Origin: Clostridiaceae bacterium
Lineage (GTDB): Bacteria; Bacillota; Clostridia; UBA1212; DUPL01
Assembly (NCBI GenBank): GCA_012522035.1
Contig: JAAYLF010000356.1
Coordinates: forward strand, 1-33,687
DNA: 33,687 bases
Reading direction: 5' to 3'
How positions within the stretch are numbered: the first letter of the stretch is position 1; each line of letters opens with the position of its first letter. The notes below the pieces were generated by a model that did no database searches, was not told the DNA's origin, and was given only the letters and a program-made list of their open reading frames with translations. The position numbers and the translations under genes are program-made. Positions 18,099 through 27,646 of this stretch are shown here, piece after piece.

Positions 18099-18127
18099 TT
18101 GATTTTGAATATTTCACGTGATATAAT
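18099..18127 (+). promoter_or_regulatory. Predicted extended -10 promoter of the MutS-paralogue gene
   Basis: TTGATT (18099-18104), a 17-nt spacer ending in TGa, then TATAAT (18122-18127). SD AGGAG is at 18151-18155 and ATG at 18166. Confidence 0.55.
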
Positions 18128-18165
18128 GGTTAAAAGTAAAAAAGTCAAACAGGAGTGAGAAACGA

Positions 18166-19929
18166 ATGGATCAAAAGTTTATGTTCAGTCTCTTATGGCC
18201 TGACTACTTCGAAGGTAAGAAAATGGAAGAAAGAATAAGAAGTGGTGAGGGCAAACTGTATAATCAGGATTTTCTTGAAAGAGACATGAACGTAGAAATG
18301 CTACTTGAAGGCATGGGAGTAAAGAATGAAAGCAGACCCTACGTTAAAGCCCGCTTGATGGACATGGTTCTCGACGAGAAGATTATCAAGTACAGACAAG
18401 ATATCCTTCAGGATTTTCTTGACTATCCGGAAATCCAACAAGCCTTTGACCAGGAACTGATGCCGCTTGTTATCAATCTGAACAAAATGCAGAAAACCAA
18501 CATATCCCACGACGACGACATCAGAAAAATTGCATGGCGACTTGAAATTCTCAGGGTATATACCCAGTGTGTCACAATCCTGCATCGCGTCTTTTGTAGC
18601 AAAGACAGAGACTTCACATCAGAAGGACTGCAGAGACTTCAATCAATAATTTCCAGCATCGTAGAAAATGAAGGATACAACGAACTGTTAAGACTTCTGC
18701 CGGATTTGCATGAAAAACTGCAAACCATGTCCGGTGTAACTCTTGGTATCAATCTGGACCATGAATTAAGACCAACCGAGGCTGTATTATTGTCCATTGA
18801 ACCAAAGCCTTTCAGGAACAAGGCGCTTTTAACATCAATATTCGGAACAAGACGAAATGATGAATTGTATCACGGAATAGGAACATTTTATTCAATTCTG
18901 AAAGATACTACTGCAAACGCTCTTGACCAGGCCATAATGAGGGATCTGGCTTATGTCATGGAAGACACCTTCAGGCACATGGCCATGGTGCTCAACCGTT
19001 TTGCCTGGGTTGAAACCGCATTCATTTTCGATTTGGTTCCAGAAGTCTACTACTACATTGGCGGCAGCAACCTGGCACGCAATCTTCTGGAGGGCGGAAT
19101 GCCTGTATGCTTCCCTACTCCGATGCCAGCAGAAGAAAGGGTTTTCATAGTAAAGGACCTTTACGATGCAAGCTTTGCAATTCGTATCCTATCAGATACT
19201 GGAATAAAGGCACTTCACAACATCATTGTCACCAACGATGCAAGAATGTGCGACGATCCGGGAAGACTGCTCATCCTTACAGGAGCCAACCAGGGTGGAA
19301 AGACCACCTTTACAAGAGCTGTTGGAATTGCACAAATTCTGTTCCAGGCAGGTCTTCCAATACCGGGCACTGAAGGAAAAATCAGCCCTGTGGACAATAT
19401 CTACACACACTTTCCGGAGCTTGAGAAAAACTCCATCAGCGAAGGCCGTCTGGGCGAAGAGTGCGTAAGGCTTGAAGGAATACTGCCAAGACTTACAAAG
19501 TACAGCATGATACTCATGAATGAGTCACTGTCTAGTACAAGCCATCAGGAAAGCCTGACCATTGCCGAAGAAATCATGAAATACCTCAGAACCATAGGTG
19601 CAAGAGGCGTATTCGCAACCCATATGCACGAACTGGCGGAAGACTTGGATGAAATAAACAAACAGCCTGCTCTGAGCAATCTGGTAAGTCTTGTGGCAGG
19701 TGTTGATGAAACAAAGCAAATGGAGGTAATGACGGAAGAAGGCGTCAAGAAATTCAGAGGCTCCAAGAGAACATACAAAATTATCGAGTCTCCACCACAA
19801 GGAAGAAGCTTTGCGCTTGACATTGCAAGAACGTACGGAATTACCTTTGAACAATTACTTGAATCGCATAAAAACAGATATGAGCTGGGTGTGGAGGAAG
19901 AAACTCCGCTCCCAAGAAGGATAGTATAG
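18166..19929 (+). CDS. MutS-family ATPase paralogue (core and ATPase domains only; no mismatch-binding or Smr domain)
   Basis: MutS domain V is present: LLILTGANQGGKTTFTRAVGIAQILFQAGLPIPG (Walker A), MILMNESLSSTS (Walker B region) and FATHMHELA. Length is 587 aa. Confidence 0.8.
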   Translation: MDQKFMFSLLWPDYFEGKKMEERIRSGEGKLYNQDFLERDMNVEMLLEGMGVKNESRPYVKARLMDMVLDEKIIKYRQDILQDFLDYPEIQQAFDQELMPLVINLNKMQKTNISHDDDIRKIAWRLEILRVYTQCVTILHRVFCSKDRDFTSEGLQRLQSIISSIVENEGYNELLRLLPDLHEKLQTMSGVTLGINLDHELRPTEAVLLSIEPKPFRNKALLTSIFGTRRNDELYHGIGTFYSILKDTTANALDQAIMRDLAYVMEDTFRHMAMVLNRFAWVETAFIFDLVPEVYYYIGGSNLARNLLEGGMPVCFPTPMPAEERVFIVKDLYDASFAIRILSDTGIKALHNIIVTNDARMCDDPGRLLILTGANQGGKTTFTRAVGIAQILFQAGLPIPGTEGKISPVDNIYTHFPELEKNSISEGRLGEECVRLEGILPRLTKYSMILMNESLSSTSHQESLTIAEEIMKYLRTIGARGVFATHMHELAEDLDEINKQPALSNLVSLVAGVDETKQMEVMTEEGVKKFRGSKRTYKIIESPPQGRSFALDIARTYGITFEQLLESHKNRYELGVEEETPLPRRIV

Positions 19930-19944
19930 GGTGAAGTATATTAT

Positions 19945-21156
19945 ATGAAATATATTGTAGTATTAGGAGACGGAATGGCTGATTACCCGGTGAAAGAACT
20001 GGGATACAAGACACCTTTGCAATGTGCCAACAAACCAAACATGGACAAACTGGCTCAATTAGGCGAATTGGGACTTGTGCATACCGTGCCCTTGACCATG
20101 AAGATGCCTGGCAGTGATATTGCAAACATGTCGGTTTTGGGTTACGATCCTGAAAAATATTACACGGGTCGCTCCCCACTTGAAGCAGTAAGCATGAATA
20201 TCAACCTGGGAGAAGATGACCTGGCTGTAAGATGCAATCTTGTAACTCTAAGCGGAGAAGAAAACTATGAGGACAAAACCATGGTGGACTACAGCAGTGA
20301 CGAGATTACATCCGAAGAAGCAGCCGAACTGATTAAACTGGTTGATGAAAAACTCGGCAGTGATACCATCAGTTTTCATGCCGGAGTCAGCTACAGACAC
20401 TGCATGGTTTGGAAGCTTAAAGAAGAGCCGAACCTTGACCTGACACCACCCCATGACATATCAACAAAAAGGATTGGCAACTACCTGCCCAGAACGGAAC
20501 AAGGCAAGATCCTTCTTGAACTTATGAAGGAAAGCGAAAAACTTCTTAAGGATCACCCCATAAACAAGGACAGGATAAAAAGAGGTTTGAATCCTGCAAC
20601 TTCCATATGGCTTTGGGGCGAAGGAAGAAAGCCTTATCTTGACAGTTTCTATGACAAGTACAAGCTAAAGGGTGCGGTTGTTTCAGCAGTCGACTTAATC
20701 AAGGGTATAGGTTTGTGTGCAGGTCTTAAACCTCTTTATGTAAAAGGCGCTACAGGCAATATCAATACGGACTTTTCTGCAAAAGCAAAAAGTGCCATTG
20801 ACTTTCTTCTCAATGAAGGAGACTTTGTCTACATACACGTGGAAGCTCCGGATGAGTGCGGACACAGGCATGAGATTGAGAACAAGGTAAGATCAATCGA
20901 ACTAATTGACGAGAAAGTGGTGAGTCCGATACTTGAGGAGATGGAAAAACAAGGCGACTTCAGAATAATGATACTGCCTGACCATGCAACACCATTATCA
21001 CTAAGAACCCATACCCACGATCCGGTGCCTTACGTAATATATGACAGCTCGAGCACAAAAAACTCGTCAAGTCTTAAATATGACGAGGAAAGTGCAAGGA
21101 AAACGAACAGAATAATTGAAAAAGGTTACACATTGATGGACCATTTTCTTAAATAA
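19945..21156 (+). CDS. Cofactor-independent phosphoglycerate mutase family protein (ApgM-type metalloenzyme; the clade also annotated as proposed homoserine kinase)
   Basis: MKYIVVLGDGMADYPVKELGYKTPLQCANKPNMDKLA..., HVEAPDECGHRHE and ILPDHATP are hallmarks of the ApgM / alkaline-phosphatase-superfamily fold. Confidence 0.75.
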   Translation: MKYIVVLGDGMADYPVKELGYKTPLQCANKPNMDKLAQLGELGLVHTVPLTMKMPGSDIANMSVLGYDPEKYYTGRSPLEAVSMNINLGEDDLAVRCNLVTLSGEENYEDKTMVDYSSDEITSEEAAELIKLVDEKLGSDTISFHAGVSYRHCMVWKLKEEPNLDLTPPHDISTKRIGNYLPRTEQGKILLELMKESEKLLKDHPINKDRIKRGLNPATSIWLWGEGRKPYLDSFYDKYKLKGAVVSAVDLIKGIGLCAGLKPLYVKGATGNINTDFSAKAKSAIDFLLNEGDFVYIHVEAPDECGHRHEIENKVRSIELIDEKVVSPILEEMEKQGDFRIMILPDHATPLSLRTHTHDPVPYVIYDSSSTKNSSSLKYDEESARKTNRIIEKGYTLMDHFLK

Positions 21157-21159
21157 CAT

Positions 21160-21191
21160 AAAAAAGATAGGATTTTAATCCTATCTTTTTT
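21160..21191. terminator. Bidirectional rho-independent terminator between convergent genes
   Basis: Perfect palindrome aaaaaagataggat-ttta-atcctatctttttt. A- and T-runs on both sides allow function on either strand. It overlaps the last codons of the kinase gene. Confidence 0.75.
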
Positions 21192-21861
21192 GTTTCATCA
21201 TTCTTTCAATTCCTCGTTCTATTTCTTCGGCAATTTCATCTATGGGCCTCATGATTCCATCAACAGTACATTCAAGCAGCCAGACATTGTCAAAATGCTT
21301 TGCAGCCTCAATATACCCTTGTCTTGCCTTGTCAAGAAGGTCTCTGTTCTTCTCGTAGACATCGGCATTATCACCTACATAATCCCTGTGTCCTTTTAAA
21401 GAAACATTCCTTCTTGAGTTGTCTGTAGTAACATCAAATACAATAAACAAGTCAGGTTTTGGTATTCCGAGAATCCCATACTCCAGCTCATGAATCCAGG
21501 CTATCAAATCCTTCTTCTTTTCATCACTGGTTCTGTTGCTTTGATACACTGCATTGGACAAAGTGGACCTGTTTAGAAGAACAATGTCATATACGGACAA
21601 ATCCGTATTCTTGAAAGCAAGCCATCTGTCCATGGCGTACCAAAGGGACATGGATTTGACATCCATGTTGCTGGCAGTAGTTTCCTCTTTTCCTGAAAGA
21701 AATATTCCTATTTCCTTTCCAAAGAAGGAGTCGTAAACAGGAAAATCCAAAACCCCTACCCTGAATCCTTTTCTTGATAGCCTCTCACAAGCTTCCTTTA
21801 GCTGCACTCCTTTTCCACTGCCATCAATGCCCTCAAAAGCAATGATTAAGGTTTCTTTCAT
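21181..21861 (-). CDS. Thymidylate (dTMP) kinase family protein
   Basis: The P-loop LIIAFEGIDGSGKGVQ fits the Tmk pattern EG.DG.GK. SD AAGGAG lies 7 nt upstream of ATG 21861. Confidence 0.7.
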   Translation of the reverse strand: MKETLIIAFEGIDGSGKGVQLKEACERLSRKGFRVGVLDFPVYDSFFGKEIGIFLSGKEETTASNMDVKSMSLWYAMDRWLAFKNTDLSVYDIVLLNRSTLSNAVYQSNRTSDEKKKDLIAWIHELEYGILGIPKPDLFIVFDVTTDNSRRNVSLKGHRDYVGDNADVYEKNRDLLDKARQGYIEAAKHFDNVWLLECTVDGIMRPIDEIAEEIERGIERMMKQKR

Positions 21862-21880
21862 CTCTCTACTCCTTGCCTGA

Positions 21881-22747
21881 TTAAAATCCATTGTTCATGT
21901 AATAGTATATCTCACTGTTGGTGACAAATATCAGGTCTTCCGCTTCAGACATTTTTTTAAGTACGCTTTCAAACTCATCCCATGTGTCATACAAATCAAA
22001 CTCCCAGGAATGACCCCATACATAAAGAAGCATATCCTCCTTTGCTTCCTGTGAGATGAACTTGTCCACAAGATTCTTCACTTCAGACTGGTGGCAAGTC
22101 GGTCTCCATATCATAAAATTGTTGGGCATGGTAAAACGATAGGTGGAGGTTGTTTCCCTTGCATACTTTATTTCCGTATTGTTCTGTATTACATCAATAA
22201 CCCTGCGGTTGTAAAACGGACCTCCAGGGTATGCCATCCCTATAACCTTTTGCCCCATTATTTCCTGTATTGTGTTGAAATCATCATTTACTTCCTTGAT
22301 GATATCCTCATCCTCCAATGTTCTCAAATCAGGATGATTCACCGTATGTACAGCAACCTCATGGCCTTCATACACGCTTTTTATTTCCTCAGCCGACAGC
22401 TTGGTAAAGTCCACGGTACCATCTGGCAAATTCAATTTGCCTTCCACGCCCAACGAGCCGGTATTTATGTTGAACGTACACTTAATACCGTATTTGTTGA
22501 ACAGCTCAGCCAGTCTTTTGTCCTGTACTGTTCCGTCATCGAAGCTGAAAGTCACAAACTTGTGAGGCTTGTCCTTATCCAGATCCTTGATAAAATCCGA
22601 TACAGGTTCTCTTAAAGTTTCCGTCACAGGCGGCTCTTCAGTAGGTTCGATTATCTCTTCCTTTTTTTCTTCATTGCCTTTCGTACATGAACCGAGCACA
22701 AAACACATTGTTAAAAGAATAAAAACTTTGAAAAACTTCGCAACCAT
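21881..22747 (-). CDS. Polysaccharide deacetylase (NodB / CE4 family), lipoprotein
   Basis: Signal peptide plus lipobox FVLGSC. NodB motifs are present: FVTFSFDDG, HTVNHPDL and AYPGG. Confidence 0.8.
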   Translation of the reverse strand: MVAKFFKVFILLTMCFVLGSCTKGNEEKKEEIIEPTEEPPVTETLREPVSDFIKDLDKDKPHKFVTFSFDDGTVQDKRLAELFNKYGIKCTFNINTGSLGVEGKLNLPDGTVDFTKLSAEEIKSVYEGHEVAVHTVNHPDLRTLEDEDIIKEVNDDFNTIQEIMGQKVIGMAYPGGPFYNRRVIDVIQNNTEIKYARETTSTYRFTMPNNFMIWRPTCHQSEVKNLVDKFISQEAKEDMLLYVWGHSWEFDLYDTWDEFESVLKKMSEAEDLIFVTNSEIYYYMNNGF

Positions 22748-22789
22748 AAATCCTCCATAATAAAGTAGTCATTCTTTAGTTTAGCACCA

Positions 22790-22824
22790 GAAAAAGCATA
22801 AAACAAGAGGCAAACGCCCCTTGT
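22790..22824 (-). terminator. Rho-independent terminator of the recombinase gene
   Basis: A 9-bp stem (one mismatch), acaagaggc-aaac-gccccttgt (22803-22824), starts right after the TGA at 22826-22828. On the minus strand it is followed by TTTTATGCTTTTT. Confidence 0.6.
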
Positions 22825-22825
22825 C

Positions 22826-24268
22826 TCACAAACAATACCAAATGCAGATCTCTTTTTCGGATACGGTTATCTTCTCAACAACAATCTTTACAATCTTCCT
22901 CTTAACTTCCCTGCTCAAATCCTTATACGACTTTATGACATCAAGAAGCACATCAAGGGATTTTTTGTTTTTATCCCCATATCGCTCCAGCCTCTCAATT
23001 TCTTTTTTGTATCTTTCTATGGAAGATTCAAGCTCCAAATTCATACTGTCATACATATCAGCAGAAATACGTCCATCAAGTCTGTCATAGTACAGAATTT
23101 TCTGTTTTTTCATGGAAGATTCGACGAGATTTCTCAATACTCCAATCTCCCTGTCCCTCTCCCCATTTAACATTGCCAGCTCTTCAATGCAATCAGGATT
23201 ACTCTTTACATAATCCCTCAGCACCGTATATATATCAGAAAAAACAATATTGGATAAAAAACACTCACTTACAAAATGTCTTGAACAAGCAGCCCTGCCT
23301 TGTTTTTCATACGTCTGGCAGGTATATCCATCAAGTCCTTTCGTTTGTTTTCTGGAATACATCCTTTTGTTGCAGTCAGCACAATATACAAGACCTTTAA
23401 AAACACTTAACGCACCCTTGTGATTTCCACATCCTTTTTGTCTTCTTTCTCTTTCCTTTTGTACTTTTGCAAATGTTTCCTCATCAACTATTGGTTCGTG
23501 GGTGTTTTCTGTAAGCACCCATTCGGACTCCGGCAATCTTCTTGTTTTCTTGCTTTTATAACTTACTCTTTCACTAACCCCCTGCACGGTATCTCCCACA
23601 TAGACGCGGCTTGTAAGGATTCTTTTTATATGTGTTGCATTCCATTTCTTTTTGCCTATTCCCTCTTCATTAAGCATTTCGGAAATCTTCTTGTATCCAT
23701 AACCTTCAAGATACAGTTTATATATCTCTCTAACCACAAGAGCTTCCTCTTCACAAACTTCCAGCCTGTTTCTTACATCCTTTGACTTCACATACCCATA
23801 GGGAGGATTCCCAATGTATTCTCCCCTTTCAATCTTGTGTCTTAAATTCGCCCTAATCTTTCTGGATATATCAATAACGTATCTTTCATTGAACCAGCTG
23901 TCAATTCCTACAGTTTCTGCATCCCTCAAAGAATCATATCTTCCGTCATATGTCAGAACCCTAACGCCAAACTCTTCCACACTTTCAAGAAAAAGAAGCG
24001 TTCTGGCATTGCTCCTTCCCAGTCTGGACAAGTCTTTTGCAACGAGTATGTCAAACTTGCCACAGGATGCATCTTCAATTAGTTTTTTAATGCCAGGACG
24101 CTCAAAGTTGATACCCGAATAATTATCATCCTCATATATTTTATACACCGCGCCCAAACCTTTTTCTTCAACAAATTTCTCAAGAAGACTTTTTTGAGTT
24201 TCGATGGTTTCATAAGACAATCCAAGATCATCCCTGCTCTCTCTTACATATATGGCAACCTTTTTCAT
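22826..24268 (-). CDS. Large serine recombinase (resolvase catalytic domain + recombinase domain + zinc ribbon + coiled coil)
   Basis: MKKVAIYVRESRDD (catalytic Ser region), VAKDLSRLGRS, GNPPYGY, zinc ribbon YCADCNKRM...YTCQTYEKQGRAACSRH, and a C-terminal coiled-coil-like tail. SD AGGTGA lies 7 nt upstream of ATG 24268. Confidence 0.9.
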   Translation of the reverse strand: MKKVAIYVRESRDDLGLSYETIETQKSLLEKFVEEKGLGAVYKIYEDDNYSGINFERPGIKKLIEDASCGKFDILVAKDLSRLGRSNARTLLFLESVEEFGVRVLTYDGRYDSLRDAETVGIDSWFNERYVIDISRKIRANLRHKIERGEYIGNPPYGYVKSKDVRNRLEVCEEEALVVREIYKLYLEGYGYKKISEMLNEEGIGKKKWNATHIKRILTSRVYVGDTVQGVSERVSYKSKKTRRLPESEWVLTENTHEPIVDEETFAKVQKERERRQKGCGNHKGALSVFKGLVYCADCNKRMYSRKQTKGLDGYTCQTYEKQGRAACSRHFVSECFLSNIVFSDIYTVLRDYVKSNPDCIEELAMLNGERDREIGVLRNLVESSMKKQKILYYDRLDGRISADMYDSMNLELESSIERYKKEIERLERYGDKNKKSLDVLLDVIKSYKDLSREVKRKIVKIVVEKITVSEKEICIWYCL

Positions 24269-24423
24269 TAAAAAATCACCTAAATATCAATATCCGCAAT
24301 CAAAGCCAAAAGAGCGAGCAGGGATTTCTTTACACAACCTTTATAGACTCTCTTTATCTCATATTTCATCAGGAATCATCCTTGACAATTCGTTTAATAA
24401 ATATATATGAGATATGAAAAAAG

Positions 24424-25872
24424 CTATTCTTGTTCAAACATCATGGACATGACATAAAAGTCACTGAAATATTTGCTGTTGGCAAGCTCTATGTATTCAA
24501 CAGCCTTGCTTATCTCAATTGCAGTATCCAAAAGTTTATCATCAAGCAAAATCTCACTTGCTCCCTTTCCTGATGAGTTGCCACAGGATCTTGTTTTGCC
24601 TCTAAACTCATAAGGAAGAAGAGTAGCATCAATGGCGCTATTTATGTCAATATAGCTGCCAAAGCCTCCTGCAAGCAAGACTTCATCTATTTCATCAAGA
24701 GAGATGCCTGCATGTTTTGCAATCACCCGTATGCCTGCTCCTATGGCCGCCTTTGCATTTTGGAACTCCCTTACATCCCTTGTGGTGAGGTATATGCCAT
24801 TACTTACCTCAAAGTCTTCCTCCATGAAGCCCGTTTCATCGACAAGTTCCATCTTTACAAGACATGCAATCAAATCTATAAGGCCGCTTCCGCATATCCC
24901 GCGAGCTTTTTCATTACCCAGGGTATATACATTCAACGACCCATCCTCTTTCATCTCAACCTTGCAGATGGCACCGGAGACACCCCCCATCCCATACTTT
25001 ATATTCGCTCCTTCAAACGCCGGACCACAAGCGGTGGATGCTCCAATCAATCTGCCTTTGTTGTTCAAAACCATTTCGCCATTTGTTCCCATGTCTATCA
25101 GCAAGATGTTTTTGTCACTCTTGTACATGCCCGTAGCTAGAACACCTGCTGTAATATCCCCGCCTATGAATGCAGAAATGGAAGGCGTTAGAATTACCTT
25201 TTCCACCCCCAGCCCAAGTTCATCATTAGTGAATATCTTTGCCTCGGTAAACACAGGGACATAGGGTGCAACAGCAATGGTTTTTGTTTCTTCTCCCACC
25301 AGGAAATGCAGCATGGTGGTGTTTCCTGCAATAACGCATACAGAAATATTGTCAAATCTGGACAGAAGGTTCTTGAGGCAGGATACAATCAGTGCCTGCA
25401 GGACTTTTGTTCCGTTCTTGTTGTTAATTGTGTAATCTATTCTTGATATGACGTCTGCGCCATGCTTTGCCTGTGGATTGAGACAGGAATCCACATGAAT
25501 TAATTCCTTTGTTTCAAGGTCATAAAAGTATGCGGCGATGGTGGTAGTTCCAATATCTATGGCAGCACCAATCTTTTCACTGACAGATTTGGCTCTCAGC
25601 GACATGCCATCTGACAAGGTAAGTACAAAGGCCTCTACTCTTTCTGTTGCATATTCAGGCAGTATTACCTTGTGGTTTGAATCTATCTTGAACATGCAGG
25701 AAAGAACATCTTCACCATCCACGTTGACCTTGCATTTGTTGCAGGTGCCCTTTCCACCACAAGTGGCGTTAATCCTGTATCCTAAGTCGGTTAATATGTC
25801 AAACAAGAGTTGTCCGTTTTCCGCTTCGATTTCCTTCAACAAATTCCCTTTCGTGTCATAAATGGAAAGCAT
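24424..25872 (-). CDS. 2Fe-2S ferredoxin domain + ASKHA-fold ATPase (DUF4445), RACo-like reductive activator of corrinoid proteins
   Basis: The N-terminal plant-type ferredoxin motif is ATCGGKGTCNKCKV...LSC. Then come AIDIGTTTIAAY, LLIDMGTNGEMV and GPAFEG, the acetate/sugar-kinase-like phosphate motifs typical of RACo/AcsV-type proteins. Confidence 0.75.
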   Translation of the reverse strand: MLSIYDTKGNLLKEIEAENGQLLFDILTDLGYRINATCGGKGTCNKCKVNVDGEDVLSCMFKIDSNHKVILPEYATERVEAFVLTLSDGMSLRAKSVSEKIGAAIDIGTTTIAAYFYDLETKELIHVDSCLNPQAKHGADVISRIDYTINNKNGTKVLQALIVSCLKNLLSRFDNISVCVIAGNTTMLHFLVGEETKTIAVAPYVPVFTEAKIFTNDELGLGVEKVILTPSISAFIGGDITAGVLATGMYKSDKNILLIDMGTNGEMVLNNKGRLIGASTACGPAFEGANIKYGMGGVSGAICKVEMKEDGSLNVYTLGNEKARGICGSGLIDLIACLVKMELVDETGFMEEDFEVSNGIYLTTRDVREFQNAKAAIGAGIRVIAKHAGISLDEIDEVLLAGGFGSYIDINSAIDATLLPYEFRGKTRSCGNSSGKGASEILLDDKLLDTAIEISKAVEYIELANSKYFSDFYVMSMMFEQE

Positions 25873-25958
25873 ATATAATCACCTTTTTCTTGTTTTTACA
25901 TTTCGGATAGTATACACTAAGAATGGAATAAAATAAAGGGAGATATCAGGAGTTTTGT

Positions 25959-27161
25959 ATGACAATCTGTGCAATTATATGTGAATACAATCCATTTCAC
26001 AACGGTCATGCGCACCATATTGAAGAAACCAGAAGAATAACAAACTGCGATTATATAATCTCCATTATGAGCGGGAACTACGTTCAAAGAGGAGAACCTG
26101 CCATTATGGACAAATGGGAAAGAACAAGAACAGCCTTGAAATGCGGTTCCGATCTTGTAATTGAGCTTCCCTTTATCTACGCCTGCTCAAGTGCTGAGTA
26201 TTTTGCTAATGCGGCTGTAGATATCATAAACAAAACCAATGTGGTTGATTTTCTGTCTTTTGGCAGCGATTCTGGAGATATTGATTTTCTAAAAAACATA
26301 ACAACAAAAAGAATGAACAAAAACATAGATCTTACAGGTGAAATTTCAAGAGCATACAAGGAAGGCATCTCCTATCCCAAGGCGATGCAGCTGATATATG
26401 ACGAACCTGAGATGAAATCAAACGACATCTTGGGTATTAGGTATCTTATGGCACTGGAAAAATCAAAAAGTTCAGTGGAGCCTGTAACCATTAAAAGAAA
26501 AGGATCAGAATACAAGGACAAGACAATAACCAGTGAAACTCCCAGCGCTACTGCCATAAGGAAACATATCACAGATTCTAAAGATTTCAACCTTTTGTCA
26601 AAAGTAATGCCCAAGGAATCCTTGCACGTCCTTATGGAGGAAATTGAAAAAGGAAGAGCCCCTGTTACCCTCAAGTCCTTTGAGAAACAGATACTATCGA
26701 CTATAAGAACACTAAAACCGAAGGGAATCGCTGACAAACCTCATATAACCCCCGGACTTGAGTACAGACTCTACCAAAATGCCATGGAATTCTCAAACAT
26801 TGATGAGGTTATAGATGCTACAATAAGTAAAGTCTTTACAAGAACCAGAATCCAAAGACTTTTGATTCATGCACTTCTTGGTGTGACAAAAGAAATGCAT
26901 GCAAGTTACATGGACGTTCCATATGTACGAGTACTTGGTTTCAAGAAAAGAGCTGAACCTCTCTTGAAAAAGATTAACAGAAGCCGCAAAGTACCTGTAA
27001 TATACAGGGCAAAAAAGGATTATGAAAACCTGACAGACAGAGGAAAAGCACTTTTTGAGCTTGAAGCCTTGTCAACTGACATTTATGTACTGGGATATCC
27101 AAACAGCATGTACTCTGGCGGAGGGCAGGAATTTTCACGAAAAATAATTATTGTGGAGTGA
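25959..27161 (+). CDS. tmcAL: tRNA(Met) cytidine acetate ligase TmcAL (YlbM / UPF0348 nucleotidyltransferase)
   Basis: ICAIICEYNPFHNGHAHHIEETRR is the HxGH nucleotidyltransferase signature of this family. Length is 400 aa. SD cAGGAG is upstream. Confidence 0.85.
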   Translation: MTICAIICEYNPFHNGHAHHIEETRRITNCDYIISIMSGNYVQRGEPAIMDKWERTRTALKCGSDLVIELPFIYACSSAEYFANAAVDIINKTNVVDFLSFGSDSGDIDFLKNITTKRMNKNIDLTGEISRAYKEGISYPKAMQLIYDEPEMKSNDILGIRYLMALEKSKSSVEPVTIKRKGSEYKDKTITSETPSATAIRKHITDSKDFNLLSKVMPKESLHVLMEEIEKGRAPVTLKSFEKQILSTIRTLKPKGIADKPHITPGLEYRLYQNAMEFSNIDEVIDATISKVFTRTRIQRLLIHALLGVTKEMHASYMDVPYVRVLGFKKRAEPLLKKINRSRKVPVIYRAKKDYENLTDRGKALFELEALSTDIYVLGYPNSMYSGGGQEFSRKIIIVE

Positions 27162-27220
27162 TGCACAAGGAGTACCTATTCATCATAGGATAAACTAGAG
27201 CCTATGAAAGGAGTAGTTTA

Positions 27221-27646
27221 ATGCCTCATCACGAAAAACAGGATATGGGACCTGAACCTTACATCCTAAACATCAGACAGAAAGCAAAACAGAACACAAA
27301 CTACCGCACAACCCTTTGGACAGGAGAATATTTGCAATTATCACTCATGAGCATTGTCGCAGGTGGAGATATAGGGCTTGAGTTGCATCCTGACGTTGAT
27401 CAATTCATACGTGTGGAAGAAGGCCAGGGTCTTGTCCAAATGGGAGATAGAGAGGACAATCTAAGTATTCAAAAAAGAATTTACAGCGGATATGCCTTCA
27501 TAATCCCTGCAGGCACATGGCACAATCTGATAAACACCGGCATGAAACCCTTGAAGCTCTATTCGATATACGCACCTCCCCAACACCCTCCTGGAACAAT
27601 ACACCGGACAAAAGAAATAGCAATGCAGGAAGAACACCATGATTAG
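27221..27646 (+). CDS. Cupin-domain protein
   Basis: The two-motif cupin pattern is present: G.DIGLELHPDVDQFIRVEEGQG ... FIIPAGTWHNLINTG. SD AAAGGAG is upstream. Confidence 0.7.
   Translation: MPHHEKQDMGPEPYILNIRQKAKQNTNYRTTLWTGEYLQLSLMSIVAGGDIGLELHPDVDQFIRVEEGQGLVQMGDREDNLSIQKRIYSGYAFIIPAGTWHNLINTGMKPLKLYSIYAPPQHPPGTIHRTKEIAMQEEHHD

Noticed and set aside
24280-24369. 29-codon micro-ORF (MKYEIKRVYKGCVKKSLLALLALIADIDI) just upstream of the recombinase, as a possible excisionase/RDF or gene fragment
   Set aside because: It is too short and featureless to assign, and has no HTH. It is mentioned under the recombinase finding only as context.
24357-24419. 13-nt imperfect inverted repeat (tctcatatttcat ... 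atgagatatgaaa, 11/13) upstream of the recombinase gene, as a possible att or operator site
   Set aside because: It is short, A/T-rich and has two mismatches, so it is expected by chance in A/T-rich intergenic DNA. It is not paired with any similar sequence at the other side of the gene.
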